From positions 228,346,001-228,410,000 of the forward strand of contig OZ024742.1 of assembly GCA_964016885.1 (NCBI GenBank): DNA of 64,000 nucleotides, given 5' to 3'. The notes under the pieces are model-generated. The model was given only the letters and a program-made list of their open reading frames with translations, was not told the DNA's origin and ran no database searches. Within the stretch, counting starts at the first letter, position 1; every line of letters begins with the position of its first letter. The DNA comes from Eledone cirrhosa (lineage: Eukaryota). The position numbers and the translations under genes are program-made. Shown here piece after piece: positions 23,960 through 37,931 of the stretch.

Positions 23960-24960
23960 CCTGCTCATAGCGAGAACTGTATTTTGGCTGGAAATTTTAC
24001 AGCTGCTGGATGCCTTTCCTAACACCAACCACATTTACAGAGTGGGACTGGGTGTTCACACTTATGAGGCAAGTCTGACCAGTGGACCCATATGGGAGCT
24101 GGGTGGGTATGTTATGAGGGAGGTCTGGTTAGTTGGCCACACTGGGACCTGTGTTGCTCATAGCAGGACCGTGTTTTTGGCTGGGATTTCATGACAACTG
24201 GATGCCCTTCCTAAGCATAAGCCATATTTATGGTGTGGGCTCGACTGGGTTGTTGACTCGGGTCCTTGGTTGTACCTCGTAGTGCCAGAGGTCTTGGTTA
24301 TGTGTCATCGTCGTCAAGAGGTTCAGCTGTGCCAGGTCATCTCGGTCATTCCGCATCTTCCTAGGTCTTACTCTTCCAAGACACCCTACAACCTCAAGCA
24401 CCCTGTACCTTTTTATACAGCTGTCATCCTTCATGCACATCTCATGTCCACTGCAGTCTTCTCTCCTGCACACAGCATTTGATCCCTCTTATGCCGAGTT
24501 TTGCTCTCAATTTATTTACATTTTGCCATTTATGCACACTACTATTACACATCAATCGGAGCCTGCAGGCTTCATTTCTTTCCAATCTATGTAGATCCTC
24601 GGCACACAGTGCCCAGGTTTCGCTTCCATATAGCATTGCTGTGCACACACAGGCATAATACAGCTTACCTTTTGTTTTGAGTGAGAAACCTTTTGTAGCT
24701 AGCAATGGCAGCAGCTCCCTGAACTTTTTCCATCCTGTCTTTACTCTGGCAACTATACTTTCTGGGCATCCACCACCTCTGTTGATTTAGTTACCCAGGT
24801 AGCAGAAACTATAGACAATTTCTATGGAGTTCTCTGTGCATTTAAAAGAGCTTGTTTGCTGAGAGTTTTTGCTTACTACCCATGTGCAACGTCCACATAT
24901 GAAGTCTATGTTTTTTGCTAGCCTGCCTGATTTCCCACTACATCTCTTTTGTACCCATAA
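23960..24960 (-). mobile_element. Decayed RTE 3' fragment
   Basis: ORF pieces 24787-25122, 24442-24705 and 24228-24473 match the RTE C-terminus. Confidence 0.8.
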
Positions 24961-25229
24961 CACATCTATATAATTAAATATACAAATGTGAGGAATCAAA
25001 ACATCAAATATGTTTGATTTTTGTGCTTCTCCATAAAAAAAGCTCAATAGACTTTGTCCAGAGCTATAATAATTCAAAAGTAAAAGATATATGTATAGAT
25101 ATATAGAGAGAGAAAGGACCATATATCCAAGAGAAAACGTATTATATCGTATAACAAAGCATATATTTCAAAGAAAAATATGTACTCTAAATGGAATCAG
25201 TACTCTATTGAACAATGGCCTGATGCATA

Positions 25230-25870
25230 CTCAACCCACACACCTAGCACTAGACAGAAAAATAATCCAGTACAATCTGCCATACTCTGTGGGTCTGCAG
25301 ACCAGCCTGGCCCATTTGTTCTTTACGACGCTGGATAAATGCTACCCAAGGACCAACAGGTACCATAAAATGTTTAACACGCACACAGTGAAGCTCTCAT
25401 ACTCCACCATGCGCGGCATAGCCCAGCACATAGCTAGCATCACTAGTAATAGGCTTAGTACCTTTAGACAGGCACCAGCTGATTCTCTGGACATGAAGCA
25501 GAGTTCGGATGGGGAGAGCATTAGGCCCAGGACTGACCTGAGTAACACTAATCTACCCAGGGACCCTGTGCAAGTTACAGGGATCAGCCATTCCAACCTA
25601 CCCACTGGGCACCCTGCTGTAAATACACAGGTGTCGACCACATCATGTAACTGCAGAAACCCTGTCTTGTGCCCACTTAGCAATAAATGCCTGGTGAAAA
25701 ACTTAGTTTACCAGTGCAGGGTTACTACCCCCAACTTGACACATATATACATAGGAATGTCAACGAGCTTCAAGTACAGGTGGTATAATCCTTTAATAAG
25801 ATCGATAAACAGAAAAGCATGGCTCTAACCAAACCAATCTGGAAGCTCAAGTTGGACAAGACCCCATACT
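25230..25870 (+). mobile_element. Penelope-like element fragment (linker, Cys-rich motif, GIY-YIG start)
   Basis: RKIIQYNLPYS..HKMFNTHTVKLSYS..CNCRNPVLCPLSNKCLVKNLVYQ..IYIG. Confidence 0.8.
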
Positions 25871-26339
25871 CTTTGGTCTGGTCCAAGGTTAACGAGATTT
25901 CTTTGGTGATTGTCAACACTTAAAGATGAGACTTTCCTCAAGCTATATGGGTAGCAGCCCTGCCACACTGGGTCCCAGATGGACCATCCCTGCCTACTGC
26001 TCCTATCTCTTGTCTCTATTAACCTCTGAACGTATCCTAGAGCCACAGTAACATCGTGGTTGGACCCATGCCTTACATTGCCTTGGATTTCCCATTTTCC
26101 TCACTTCTACTCTACATCTCTGAACCACTATCTATTTAGTGAGATATACATTGGCAGAGTCCAATCTTCGGTCTCTCCACACACCCCACATTTTTACTCT
26201 CCGGGTTTCTTTGTCATCTAAGTTTTTTTTCTCTGCCCTTTGTTTATACTTCTGCACCATCTATTTTACACATGCGATGTGATGTATTCCTTGTTTTCTT
26301 AAAAATCAACTATCTCCAACCTTATTTTTATAAATTCTT

Positions 26340-27782
26340 GTAAATTACTACAAAGGTAAAGGGGGTGGTCTGGAGAGGAGCAATTATAGGGGCATAAACC
26401 TAATGGATCAGGTTATGAAAGTGGCAGAAAGAGTGCAAACACAACTAATTAGAGAAAGAGTCAAATTAGATGAGATGCAGTTTGGTTTTGTGCCTGTGAA
26501 AAGTACAAGAGATACCCTCTTCTTAGGGAGACAACTACAAGTGAGGTTCTAAGAGAAGAATAAGCCACTAAATTTAGCTTTTGTTGACCTGGAGAAGGCC
26601 TTTGACAAATACCCTGATCTGTCATCTGGTGGTCCCTAAGGAAACTAGGTGTCGAGGAATGGCTTGTAAGGACAGTGCAAGCTTTGTACAGAGGAGCTGT
26701 CCATAAAGTGAGAGTAAGAATGGAGTTTAGTGAGGAATTCCAAATACAAGTTAGGGTTCATCAGGGTTCGGTCATCAGCCCACTCTTATTCATTACAGTT
26801 CTCTAAGCTATAACAGGAGTTTAAGACTGGCTGCCCATGGGAACTTCTCTGTGCTGATGATCTGGTGTTTATAGCAGAATCAGTAGAGGAATATGGAAAC
26901 AACAGTTGGAATCAAGAAGACTGAGAGTGAACCCAGCAAAGACTAAAGTGTTGATAAGTAGGAAAGAAGACAAAATTCCGATTCCATCAGGGAAATGGCC
27001 ATGTTAGATATGTAGAAAGGGAGATGGCATAAACTCTATAGAATGTACACAATGCAGATCTTGGGTACACAAGAGGTGTAGTGGGATAGCAGGCAAACTA
27101 ACAGGAAGGGAAAACTTCATATGTAGTAGATGTTCAGGAAAATTTGATAGTAGAAGTGTTAGTGATAGGCACATTTTTCAAATGCAGGTAGGATCTATAG
27201 AGGTGGTTGATAGCTTCCAATACCTAGGTGATCAGATTAGCAAGGGAGGAGGATTCTCCAAGGCCATAGTATCTAGAATAAGGACAGGATGGAAGAAGTT
27301 TAGGGAGCTGCTTCCTCTGTTGACAAAGAAGGGTTTCTCCCTATGAGTGAAAGGTCAGTTATATGATGCCTGTGTGAGATGTGCCATGCTGCATGGTAGT
27401 GAGACATGGGCAGCAACTGCAGAGGATATGCGACAGCTGGAGAGAAATGAAGCAAGCATGCTCCAATGGATGTGCAATGTCAATGTGTGTGAATGACCAA
27501 GCATGGACGAGTTGAGAGTGAAATTGTGTATAAGAGAGATAAACTGTATGTGCAGGAGAGAAGACTGTGTTGGTATGGCCATGTGATGCGCATGGAAGAT
27601 GATCGCTGGGTGAAGAAGTGCCTAGAAATCCCGGTGGAAGGAAGACACAATAGAGGAAGACCATGAAAAACATGGGCGGAGGTGGTGAGAGCTGACCCCA
27701 GATTACATAGGAGATGACGAGGACCTGTCCCACACTTGCAAGCAGGGAAATGTGTACGTAAAATGTGATGATGATGATGATA
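26340..27782 (+). mobile_element. RTE LINE, second subfamily, disrupted
   Basis: NYRGI, DEMQFGF, FVDLEKAFD and PHD remnants with stops. 3' part matches 17505-18158. Confidence 0.85.
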
Positions 27783-28932
27783 CATACACACATATATATG
27801 TATATATGCTAGCAGGGAAAGTGGGCGTTAAAATGACAATGATGATGATATATATATTTGTGTGTGTGTATACATATATATACATCATCATCACCATTTA
27901 ACATCTATTTTTCCATGCTTGCATGGGGTAGATGGGTTGAGACAAATCTGGGCAGCTGGGTGTGCTCTACCTTGCTCAGACACAACTGTATTTTGACTGG
28001 GATTTTTACAGCTGGATGACAATCCTAACACCAACCACGTTTACAGTGTGGAACTGGGTGTCACCATTATGAAGAGGGTCTAGTCAGTTGGCCACACCAT
28101 AGTCTGCTCACATCAGAACCATAATTTGAGGATGTCTGACCACTTGTCCACACCATGCTTTGCTGAAAGTGGAGCCGTGTTACTGAGTGGTTATGTTATG
28201 AGACAATTCTGGCCAGATAGCTGCATTGTATAGCGCGCATATCAGGACACTGCTGATACTATGAGATTCAGTGTTATGAGATTTGCTATCACCACCTCTG
28301 CCTAGGTCTTCCTTGGTCAAACTAAACTGCAGCTTCCCTTCACTTGGATATCCTGACAGTTCTTCACCAAGTGATCACCATCTGTACACATAATGTATCT
28401 ATACTAGCACAATTCTTTCATGTACACTGCATCTGATTCCACTTGTACACTTTTTTCTCAACTCACCTTGCCTCTGGAAATATGTTAGATAGAAAACAAA
28501 TATGTATTGTGAAAGAATAATTTTATTTAAAATATTACAGCAGTAAATTATCTTACTACTGTAGATACATTATATAAAAGATAGTGTTGGGAGGTTATTA
28601 TCACACTGTAAAACCTCCTTTGCTGCGTGAATACATTTAGGGGTATATGAACTATCATTTTTTATGGAATGACTTTGACAGGTTCTGACAGGACCTGCTG
28701 GAAGGCTTGTTTGAGGACTCTGCCTCCATGACTCCCCTAGGAATAAGTGGTGACGAGGAAGAAGACTTTAATACTGATATGGTTACTCATTTGTATTAAT
28801 ACATACATGTGTAATTAACAGAATGATTTACCAGATATGACAATGGTATTGCTTCTCTCCGGTATGAACACATTTCTAAGTCATTTTGAGAATGATTTAC
28901 TACAGATATCAGTGATTTGAATTTTCTCATTT

Positions 28933-30870
28933 TCAAAGTTCTTCTGCTGTATGAAATTGCTTGTGTTTAGTTAAGGCTCCATTTTCAGAGAAGGATTTAC
29001 CACAGATATCACAGTGATATGGCTTTTCTCCTGTATGAATACGGTTGTGTATAGTTAAGGTTCCATTTGTAGAGAATGATTTACCACAGATATCACAATG
29101 ATATGGCTTTTCTCCAGTATGAATACGTTTGTGAGAAGTCAAGTCACCACTGCGAGAGAATGATTTTCCACAAATATCACAGTGATATGTCTTCTCTCCT
29201 GTATGAGTACGTATGTGATTTGTTAAGGGACTTTTATCAGAGAATGATTTACCACAAATGATACAGCAATATGGCTTCTCTCCTGTGTGAATGCGTTTGT
29301 GTCTAGTTAATGAATTTTTATGAGAGAATGATTGACCACAGATATCACAGAGATACAACTTCTCTCCTGTGTGAACACGTTTGTGTTTCGATAAGTCACC
29401 ACCTTGAAAGAATGATTTACCACAGATATCACAGTAATATGACTTCTTCCCTGTATGAATATGCTTGTGTCTATTTAAGTCACCACTTCCAGAGAATGAT
29501 TTACCACAGAAACCACAGCGATATGGTTTTATGCCTGTATGAATACGTTTGTGTTTAGTTAACCTACATTCTTCAGAGAATGATTTACCACAGATATCAC
29601 AGTGATACGGCTTCTCTCCTGTATGAACACGTATGTGAATAGTTAAACTACTTGCTTCAGAGAATGATTTACCACAGATATCACAGTGATAAGGTGTCTC
29701 TCCTGCATGAATATATTTATGTTTAGTTAAGGCTCCATTTGTATGGAATGACTTACCACAGATGTCACAACAATATGGTTTCTCTCCTGTATGAATACGT
29801 TTGTGTTCAGTTAACACAGTATTTCGAGAGAATGATTTACCACAGATGTTACAGTGATATGGTTTTTCTCCTGTATGAGTACGTTTATGAGTAGTTAAGC
29901 TACCTCCTTCAGAAAATGATTGACCACAGATTTCACAGTGATATGGCTTCTCACCTGTATGAACACGTTTGTGTTTAGTTAAGACACCACTTTGAGAGAA
30001 TGATTTACCACAGATATCACACTGATATGGTTTCTCTCCAGTATGAATACGTTTGTGCCTATTTAACTCTGCATTTCCAGTGAATGATTTACCACAAATA
30101 TCACAGTGATATGGCATTTCTCCTGTATGAATACGTTTGTGGACTGTCAATGTCCCACTGTTTGTGCATGATTTACCACAGATATCACAGTGATATGGCT
30201 TCTCTCCAGTATGAATACGTTTGTGTAAAGTTAATCGATTATTTGTTGAGAAACGTTTACCGCAGATTTCACAGTGATATGGCTTTTCTCCTGTATGAAT
30301 ACGTTTGTGTATAGTTAAGCTACCTCCTTCAGAGAATGATTTACCACAGACTTCACAGTGATATGGCTTTTCTCCTGTATGAGTACGATTGTGTATAACT
30401 AACTCACCACTTCTAGAGTATGATTTACTACAGATGTCACATTGATAAGGTTTCTGTCCTGTATGAGTACGTTTGTGCATGGTTAAGTTACCTCCTTCAG
30501 AGAATGATTTACCACAGATATCACAGTGATATGGCTTCTCACCTGTATGAATACGTTTATGTATAATTAAGTCATTACTTCTAGAGAATGATTTACCACA
30601 GATGTCACAGTGATATGGTTTCTGTCCTATATGATTACGTTTGTGTAAAGATAAGTTAGTATTTGTAGAGAATGATTTACCAAGAATATCACAGTGATAT
30701 GCCTTCTCTTCTGTATGAATACATCTGTGAGAAGTCAGTTGACATTTTTTTGAGAATGATTTACCACAGACATCACAATGGTATGATGTTTTCCTTACAT
30801 CACTAGGAAAATCATTCCTTTCACACTCCAATTTAATCTTCATCGGTCTCTCGCATAATTCATTTTCCAT
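28933..30870 (-). CDS. Poly-C2H2 zinc-finger protein, 22 finger units (ZNF-B)
   Basis: Intact 645-aa ORF of 28-aa repeats. Leader homologous to ZNF-A and ZNF-C. Confidence 0.95.
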   Translation of the reverse strand: MENELCERPMKIKLECERNDFPSDVRKTSYHCDVCGKSFSKKCQLTSHRCIHTEEKAYHCDILGKSFSTNTNLSLHKRNHIGQKPYHCDICGKSFSRSNDLIIHKRIHTGEKPYHCDICGKSFSEGGNLTMHKRTHTGQKPYQCDICSKSYSRSGELVIHNRTHTGEKPYHCEVCGKSFSEGGSLTIHKRIHTGEKPYHCEICGKRFSTNNRLTLHKRIHTGEKPYHCDICGKSCTNSGTLTVHKRIHTGEMPYHCDICGKSFTGNAELNRHKRIHTGEKPYQCDICGKSFSQSGVLTKHKRVHTGEKPYHCEICGQSFSEGGSLTTHKRTHTGEKPYHCNICGKSFSRNTVLTEHKRIHTGEKPYCCDICGKSFHTNGALTKHKYIHAGETPYHCDICGKSFSEASSLTIHIRVHTGEKPYHCDICGKSFSEECRLTKHKRIHTGIKPYRCGFCGKSFSGSGDLNRHKHIHTGKKSYYCDICGKSFFQGGDLSKHKRVHTGEKLYLCDICGQSFSHKNSLTRHKRIHTGEKPYCCIICGKSFSDKSPLTNHIRTHTGEKTYHCDICGKSFSRSGDLTSHKRIHTGEKPYHCDICGKSFSTNGTLTIHNRIHTGEKPYHCDICGKSFSENGALTKHKQFHTAEEL

Positions 30871-32170
30871 AACTTTTGTTATTTCACTCCTTTATTTATT
30901 ATGTGTAATGCTTTTCTTTAGTCTTCAAAAGATGATAAATATTGATAATGTATCTGATATAAAGAATTCTTTAATGTCAATATCATCTGATAGTCTGAAA
31001 TAATAAAAAAACGGTGTAAGATATAGAGAGTACTTAAAATTTAGTGATTTAACAGTAGAAATATTACTACATTTCTATATCAATAAACTGCAGATTTAAA
31101 CATGTAGCTGAGCAATTGAATCTGTATTTTTACGAAAAGAGGCAGCATTTCAAGAATTTCAAAGCTTTTTCCATGGAATATATAGCAAATTCTTTATAAC
31201 TGGCTACAGTTATTATACTGTAGTCCTGTTGGGGGACTACATGACAGGAATTTTAGTCAATCACATAAACCAGAGTATTTCTTTTTTTCTCATTGTTGTG
31301 AACAGAACTCCCTAGTAATATCGCCATACATGACCCTATATATTATTTTTGCCAGTCCATAACTCATTGTTTTATGAAGTGCTTTTAGACCCTCATTGTC
31401 TCTCATTGCCTATTCATACCCTATTCTCTGAAAGAAGCTGTTAACACATAAAGAAGGATATCTTAGCTCTATATATCCAACCCTATGAATCAACCCCCTT
31501 CTACCCACATCCCCAACACTTGCTTTTGCTCTTTCTCTTTCCCTATCTAAGCGATGACTTTCTCTTTAAGTAACATGTGGCAGCCATTGCTCCCAGTGTC
31601 ACTTCTACCATGCTCACCCTAGTGTTGGTGTCATAATAAATACATCCAGTACACTCTATAAAGCAGTAGTGATGATGCCATGATAAAATGCATCCAGTAC
31701 ATTCTGTAAAGTGGTAGTTCTGCTGCATGGAAGACTAAATATATATATGAAGGATTTTAATTTTAATTGTATTTTATGTTGTATGTATTTGGCTAGTTTA
31801 GGCTTGTTGTATTTTGTTGTTATGTATGGTTCTGTATAAAAAATATATATTGTATCATCCCTCTGATACTGTGTGGACTTAGACTTCTATTGAAAGTTCT
31901 CTGCTACAAAGGGTTTTTCTGGTGGGAGGATTAAGTATTTAGTTCACTAAAGACTATATGGTACTAATTTATCTGATAACCACAACTTGACAGAAACCAG
32001 ACATTGGCAGCAATTGTGGCCTGATGAAATTCATCCTCTTAGTACCAATATAATGGGTGTGTTTTAATTTCAAGTTTTATTTTGTTGGGTAATTGTATTT
32101 TTTGTAGTGTGTTTTTGGCTAGGCTTGGTTTGTCGTATTTACTTATTGGGTAGGATTTTGATTTTGTAAG

Positions 32171-32208
<38 letters not shown>

Positions 32209-35200
32209 CTCCATAGAAGCGATTGAATGAGAGCTTCTGCTAGCAAGGCGCTATAATTAGCAGTGGAAAGAGCTTTGAAATTACAGTAGTTAGGTGGAAA
32301 ATGTTCAGGAAGCTACTACCTCTGCTGGCTACAAAGGGTTCCTCTCCCAGGACAAAAGGCTGCTTGCATGAAGCTTGTATGAGAACTGCGATGGTGCATG
32401 GAAGTAAGAATTGGGTCTCAAATGCAGAGGATCTGTGAAAATTAGAAAAAAAATGAGGCGAGCATGCTCCAATGGATGTGTATTAGTAGTGTGCATGAAA
32501 GACAAAGTATCAACATATTGAAAGAAAAGCTAAACATAAAAGGGATTAGATGCAGTATACAAGAGAGAAGACTTTCTTGGTAAGGACATGTGATGCATAT
32601 GAAGAATATCAGTTGCATAAAAAAAGTGTGGGGTACTCAAAATTGATAGAAACTGTGGAAGAGGAAAAACTAGGAAAACTTGGCTGACCTCACACAGGAG
32701 TTGACAGTGAATCATATCAACTGCTAAATTGTTGTACTACAGAAGACTCCCTCCTCACACACAAGAAGCAAGGTGTAATGACATTTTAACCCCCTGCCTA
32801 TCTCCTCAGCCTGATTCCTACTTCCATACCCCAAAAATGCCAGCATAGACACATCTCTTGTCAAGACAACTCCAGTGAACCACTTACTCCCCACTTCCAT
32901 TCACATGCCTGATTCCCCCTTCCTCATCAAACTATCACTGACTTATTAGCCTAGCACTCAGACTACACTCTAGAGTGGTAGTTCTGGTGCCTCAATAAAA
33001 ATACACCATTTCATTGTGTCATTTGGTAGCAGACGTTAGGAAGAAAAGTCAGCTACAGAAGCCATACCAGAATAGCAAGTATGAGTAAAATGCATTTGAC
33101 CTGCTAGCTTCAGAATATGATAACCCAAATAAACCATACAAGCATGGAATATTGACATAAAACAAGGATGGTGATTCATCATCATCACCATTTTACGTCC
33201 GTTCTTCCACGCTAGCATGGGTTAGACGGGTTGTCCTGTTGTGGGCAGTGTCTGGTCGGCTGACCATGCCTTGCTCATACAGGAACTGATCTGGCTTGAT
33301 TTCTACAGCTGGATGCCCTTCCTAACACCAACCTCATTTACAGTGAGTGCTGGGTGCTTTTTCGTGGCGCCTACACGTCCACTTTACAGTGTGGGCTGGG
33401 TGCTTTTTTGCCGTGGCACCTCCACGACCACCTTGCGGTGGGGGGGGGGGGGGGGGGGGGCATATTGTTTATATGCTTCAGCATGTACCCATGGGAGGTC
33501 GGGTACCCTGTATTACTGCGTGACGCCAGAAGTCACGGTCGTGTGTCATTGACTTTGAGAGGTGTAGTTGGGTAAGGTCGGCTTTTATCACCTCATCCCA
33601 AGTCATCTTGGGTCTCCCCACTCCGCGGTTTCCATCAACTTCTAGTGCTCTGCACCTTTTTATGCAGCTGTCATCCTTCATACGCATCACATGTCCATAC
33701 CAGCGTAACCGCCTCTCCTGCACGCAGCATTTGATTCCTCTTATGCTCAGTCTCTCTCTCAATTCATTTATGCTTTGTCGTTCACGTATATTACTGTTAC
33801 ACATCCATCGGAGCATGCAGGCTTCATTTCTCTCTAATCTACGTAAGTCTTCCACCTTCAGCGCCCAGGTCTCACTACCATGCAACATCGCTGTTCGGAT
33901 ACACGCATCATACAGTCTGCCTTTCATTCTGAGGGAGAAGCCTTTTGCAGCTAGCAGTGGTAGTAGTTCCCTAAACTTCTTCCATCCCGTTCTTACCCTA
34001 GTTATTGTACTTTCTGAGCACCCACCTCCGTTGCTAATTCGGTCACCTAGGTAGCAGAAGCTGTCTACTGTTTCTACAGGGCCCTCCCAGAGATTGGTGG
34101 TACTTGTTTCCTGTGGCTGTTTGCTTGCTGTTTCAGCACAGCTGCTGCATGTGAATCCTACATTCACATGCAGCAGCTGTGCTGAAACACATGATTATAA
34201 TGATATATATATATATCCTCTGTCAATGAGAAATTGTGGGACTATTGCCATGAGGTATATTCTTGTTTTGTTGATCTTGAAAAGGCATATAATCACATTC
34301 TTCAGGAATTGCCATGGAAGGTTGTGTAGGAGCATGGAATCGAAGGTTAGCTTCTTGCTGCCGTGATGTCTCTATATGAATGCCTGGGAATTTGTGTTTG
34401 GATAATAAATGGTACTAAATCAAAACCATTCAAGGTGGGAGTTGGAGTCTGCTAAGGGTGCGTATAGTCACATCTATTCGTTATTCACATGAATAGGATT
34501 GACATGCACAGCCAGGTTGGAAGTGGTATCTTGACTGGTGGGTGAAAATCAGTCGGCTGATTTTACAGCCACCAGTTTTTGGCTGGGTGCTTTTTGTTGT
34601 GACACCTTCACGACCACTTTACAGTGAGGGCTGGGTGCTTTTTATTATGACACAGAAGTGTCATAATAAGTGGATCCTTTACATGAATCTTCATTAGAGG
34701 CCTGAGTGGCTTATTTGTGGTGAAAGCCTGCTCAGCAGCCAAATGTGGATCCAAACAAAATACAAGGTACTCTCAAGAGGTTTTCGAGACTTTTATCAGA
34801 GACATTTATTTAACTCAGATCAACACAAACTCTAATCTCCCTCAAAGTATGATCCTCTAACTTCAATGCACTTGTTGTAGGGCTCCAGCCACTTCTGTAA
34901 TGCTCCCATGTAGTCCTACAAAGTGAAAGTGTCCAGTATTCATTTCCTCCACATCCTCAAAGCAGATACCCCTGAGCTTCTCCTTCAGCTTTGGGAATAT
35001 CCAGAAATTGCATGGGGCTAAGTCTGGATTGTAGGGAGGATGAAGGACAGTTTTGATCTCCATATCAGCCAGGTAGTTGGTCACCAGGATGGATTGTGGC
35101 AGGGAGCATTGTCCTGGTGCTGGTGTCACTGACCAGATTTGAAGAGTTCTGGTCTCTTGCGACAAAATCTCTTTCTGAACTGCCTCAAAACCTTTACATA

Positions 35201-35688
35201 GTACGTTTGTTGACTGTCTGTCTATGGAGATCACAGTGGATGTAGATGATGCCCTTGCTGTCAAAGAATGGGATCATCAAGAGCTTTCCAGTAGACCTGC
35301 TTTGCCTGGCCTTCTTGGGTCTTGGGGACTCTGCCTCTTGGTCTCTGGATCATAACAGTAGATCCAGCTCTCGTCACAGGTTACCAGAGATTCAAGGACT
35401 CTTGGATTCAAAGCAATCCACTTGACCATCTCCTTGCTGTTATCAACATGCCTCTGCCTTTGATCTTCATTGAGCACCCAGGGAACTAACTTTGCCCATG
35501 TTCAGATTGTTATGAATGACTGTGCAGTGTCCCCAGCCACTTCAAATTGTTTAGCAATCATCAGAAGAGATGTACGACGGTCCTCATCCAGAAATTTGTG
35601 AATTTTGTCGACCAACTTAAGCATCCTGATGTCCCTCTCCCTGCCACACCTCTTGTCGTCCCTCACCTGCTCCCTGCCCTCCAGGAAT
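29656..35688. repeat. Segmental duplication, copy 1 (pairs with 48312-54027)
   Basis: Near-identical 5' CDS (offset 18656) and intron sequence, apart from copy-specific indels. Confidence 0.9.
33177..34190 (-). mobile_element. 5'-truncated RTE LINE inserted after the duplication
   Basis: ORF 33478-34167 is nearly identical to the end of the 18117-20003 ORF. Short TSD tgatt. Empty site at about 51800. Confidence 0.95.
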
Positions 35689-36046
35689 CTCTTGTGCCAG
35701 CAGAAAACAGCAGTCGTCCAGCTCATAAAAGTTAGTCTGTAAGCAGTTTTGACCATTTCATAGGTTTCTGTGGCATTTTTGCTGAGCTTGACACAAAATT
35801 TATTGCAAATCACACTTCCAAGTTGTCCTCACGTCATGACTACATTGTGGAACTAGTCAGCAAGATGTGCATGATGGATAGTGTTTAAAATGTTGTAGCA
35901 GCCCAAACCTTCAACCTGGAAAAAAAAAAAGATTTGGCATGTTAGCTTATTATAACCATATCAAGGATGTATTAGAATGACAGATACATAGGTCAATTAA
36001 AAGTGCCTGAAAAGAAAAAGTCTCATAACTTCTTAAGTATACCTCG
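34763..36046 (-). mobile_element. mariner-family transposon, full length but decayed
   Basis: KFCVKLSKNATET.., VTCDESWIYCYDPETKRQS, HPPYNPDLAPCNF. Imperfect TIRs flanked by TA. Confidence 0.9.
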
Positions 36047-36327
36047 TACTTTTGAATGGATGATAGAATAACCATTATTGGATGCTGTTAAACAATAATC
36101 AAACAACCACAGCTGGTGTATACTGTCAACAACTATGGTATTTAAATGCCGTTTTGAACAAAAATGTTCATCTTCAACAAATAGAAAAATAATCATTCTT
36201 AATCATAATAACCCCCGACCCCGTCTGCACAAGTGACAAAATATCTCCAGGAAGAACTTAACTAGGAAAAAGTGCTTCATTCATCATATATTTCTAGACA
36301 TCGTTCGGCGATATCCAATTTTAGCGG

Positions 36328-36745
36328 CCTAAATGCCGCTTACTTGCTGTAGTTGCTGCTTACTTCAATGTATGAGGCTATTCCAACAAATTTACATTCC
36401 CAGAACGAGGAAACTGTGGGGATATGTCGCCGGCCAACAAATGGTTTGTACAGGTAAGAGAAGAAGGGAGCACCCCCCTCTCTCTGTGCTCCCTGGCAGA
36501 AAGGTCGCACACTTTCTACGGGGGTGTGTGTGACCCCAAAAGGCTAATAAATCGTAAAAAAACAAACAAACAAAAACGTGGCAAATAAAGAAATCTATGC
36601 CCCAGTGGCAAATAAATCGCAAAAAAATAAAACAATAAATAAATCTATATTTCTTTTAACGGCTAAAAAAAAGGGAATGTAAATTTGTTGGAATAGCCTC
36701 ATACATTGAAGTAAGCAGCAACTACAGCAAGTAAACGGCATTAGG
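36328..36745. repeat. Long inverted repeat (about 72-bp arms, about 270-bp spacer)
   Basis: 36334-36400 vs about 36673-36740 are reverse complements with about one mismatch. Confidence 0.85.
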
Positions 36746-37623
36746 TATCACATTACAGCTCCGAAAAAAAAAGGGGGCGGGGACACAGGCACAGTTTGAC
36801 AACGCAAAAATCTATTTTTTGCTTGATCATTTTGATGTCAAAATACATCATTCGAAAATTCTGGGTGTGAACTTTCTTTTCATATACTTTTGATAAAAAG
36901 CCGACACTTACATATCATGCGAGACCCCCTCAATGACACTCCTATTTCCACCCATTTACAACGTTTGTCCCATTTCCATTTTTGATTGCTGAACGGTAAC
37001 GCTAATTCTTTTCAATGCGTTAGAGCCCTATAACTCGATTTGTGTAAAATATTACAGTCATGAAGAGGACTTCTTTTGCTTATTTTTATATAAAAAAATC
37101 AATGGAGATAGGTCAGATAATCATTATGAAATATAAAAATGAAAATTTTATCGTTAAGAGTTTTATACCACAAGAAAGAAAAAAATCTCGCAAATTCAAT
37201 AGTCATTGTCGATTCTAACCACAAGATGGCACAAAAGCGCAAAATCAATAAAAAGGAGAATACCATGGATCTTCGTAACACATTTTGATGCTACTTGTAG
37301 AAATGGTGTATTCCCATAGGGCGAGAACTGAAATGGAACACGAATCCAAGGCTGCAAATATCGAATTTGAGCCAGAATTTCCAGAAATGGACGAATTTAT
37401 AAAGTAAACGTATTTCTAGGAATCGGCGTATTGAGAATGATGTTTATTTCCTCTCGCTGTTTTAATATGCGGAGAGCAAGATTAGAATTGTCGTTTTACT
37501 TTAGTAAACATTGGTCAAATTTCACCAATAAAAATTATATTGTGCAGTGAATATTATTTTGTAAACTATTTAAGTCCAATTAGATGGGGGGTTTTCCGAT
37601 GTTGAATAGTCGGATAATTTGTC

Positions 37624-37931
37624 CGATTCATCCAGAAAGATATATTCTTTTAATGTTACAATATTAAAGAAAATGTAAAGGAAGGGGTGAACAACCGAGC
37701 CAACACCAGAGCAGCGAGGGCGCTTGGCTGTTTCAGTGCATTAGCCTCGCCATCACCCGGGGCAACGCTGCGAGTGTGCTGGCTTGCCTCAAAAATCATT
37801 AGAGGGGTTGCCCAGTACTCCTCGCGACCCTGCTGTGTTTTGCTCTGGTGTTTGCTCGGTTGTTCACCCCTTCCTTTACATTTAAAAAAAATATTGAAAC
37901 ATTAAAACAATATATCTTTCTGAATGAATCG
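37624..37931. repeat. Long inverted repeat (about 90-bp arms, GC-rich spacer)
   Basis: 37624-37713 vs 37841-37931. Confidence 0.85.

Noticed and set aside
31543-31728. Identical short ORFs in two places (e.g. also 50200-50385)
   Set aside because: Explained by the recent segmental duplication, not coding constraint.
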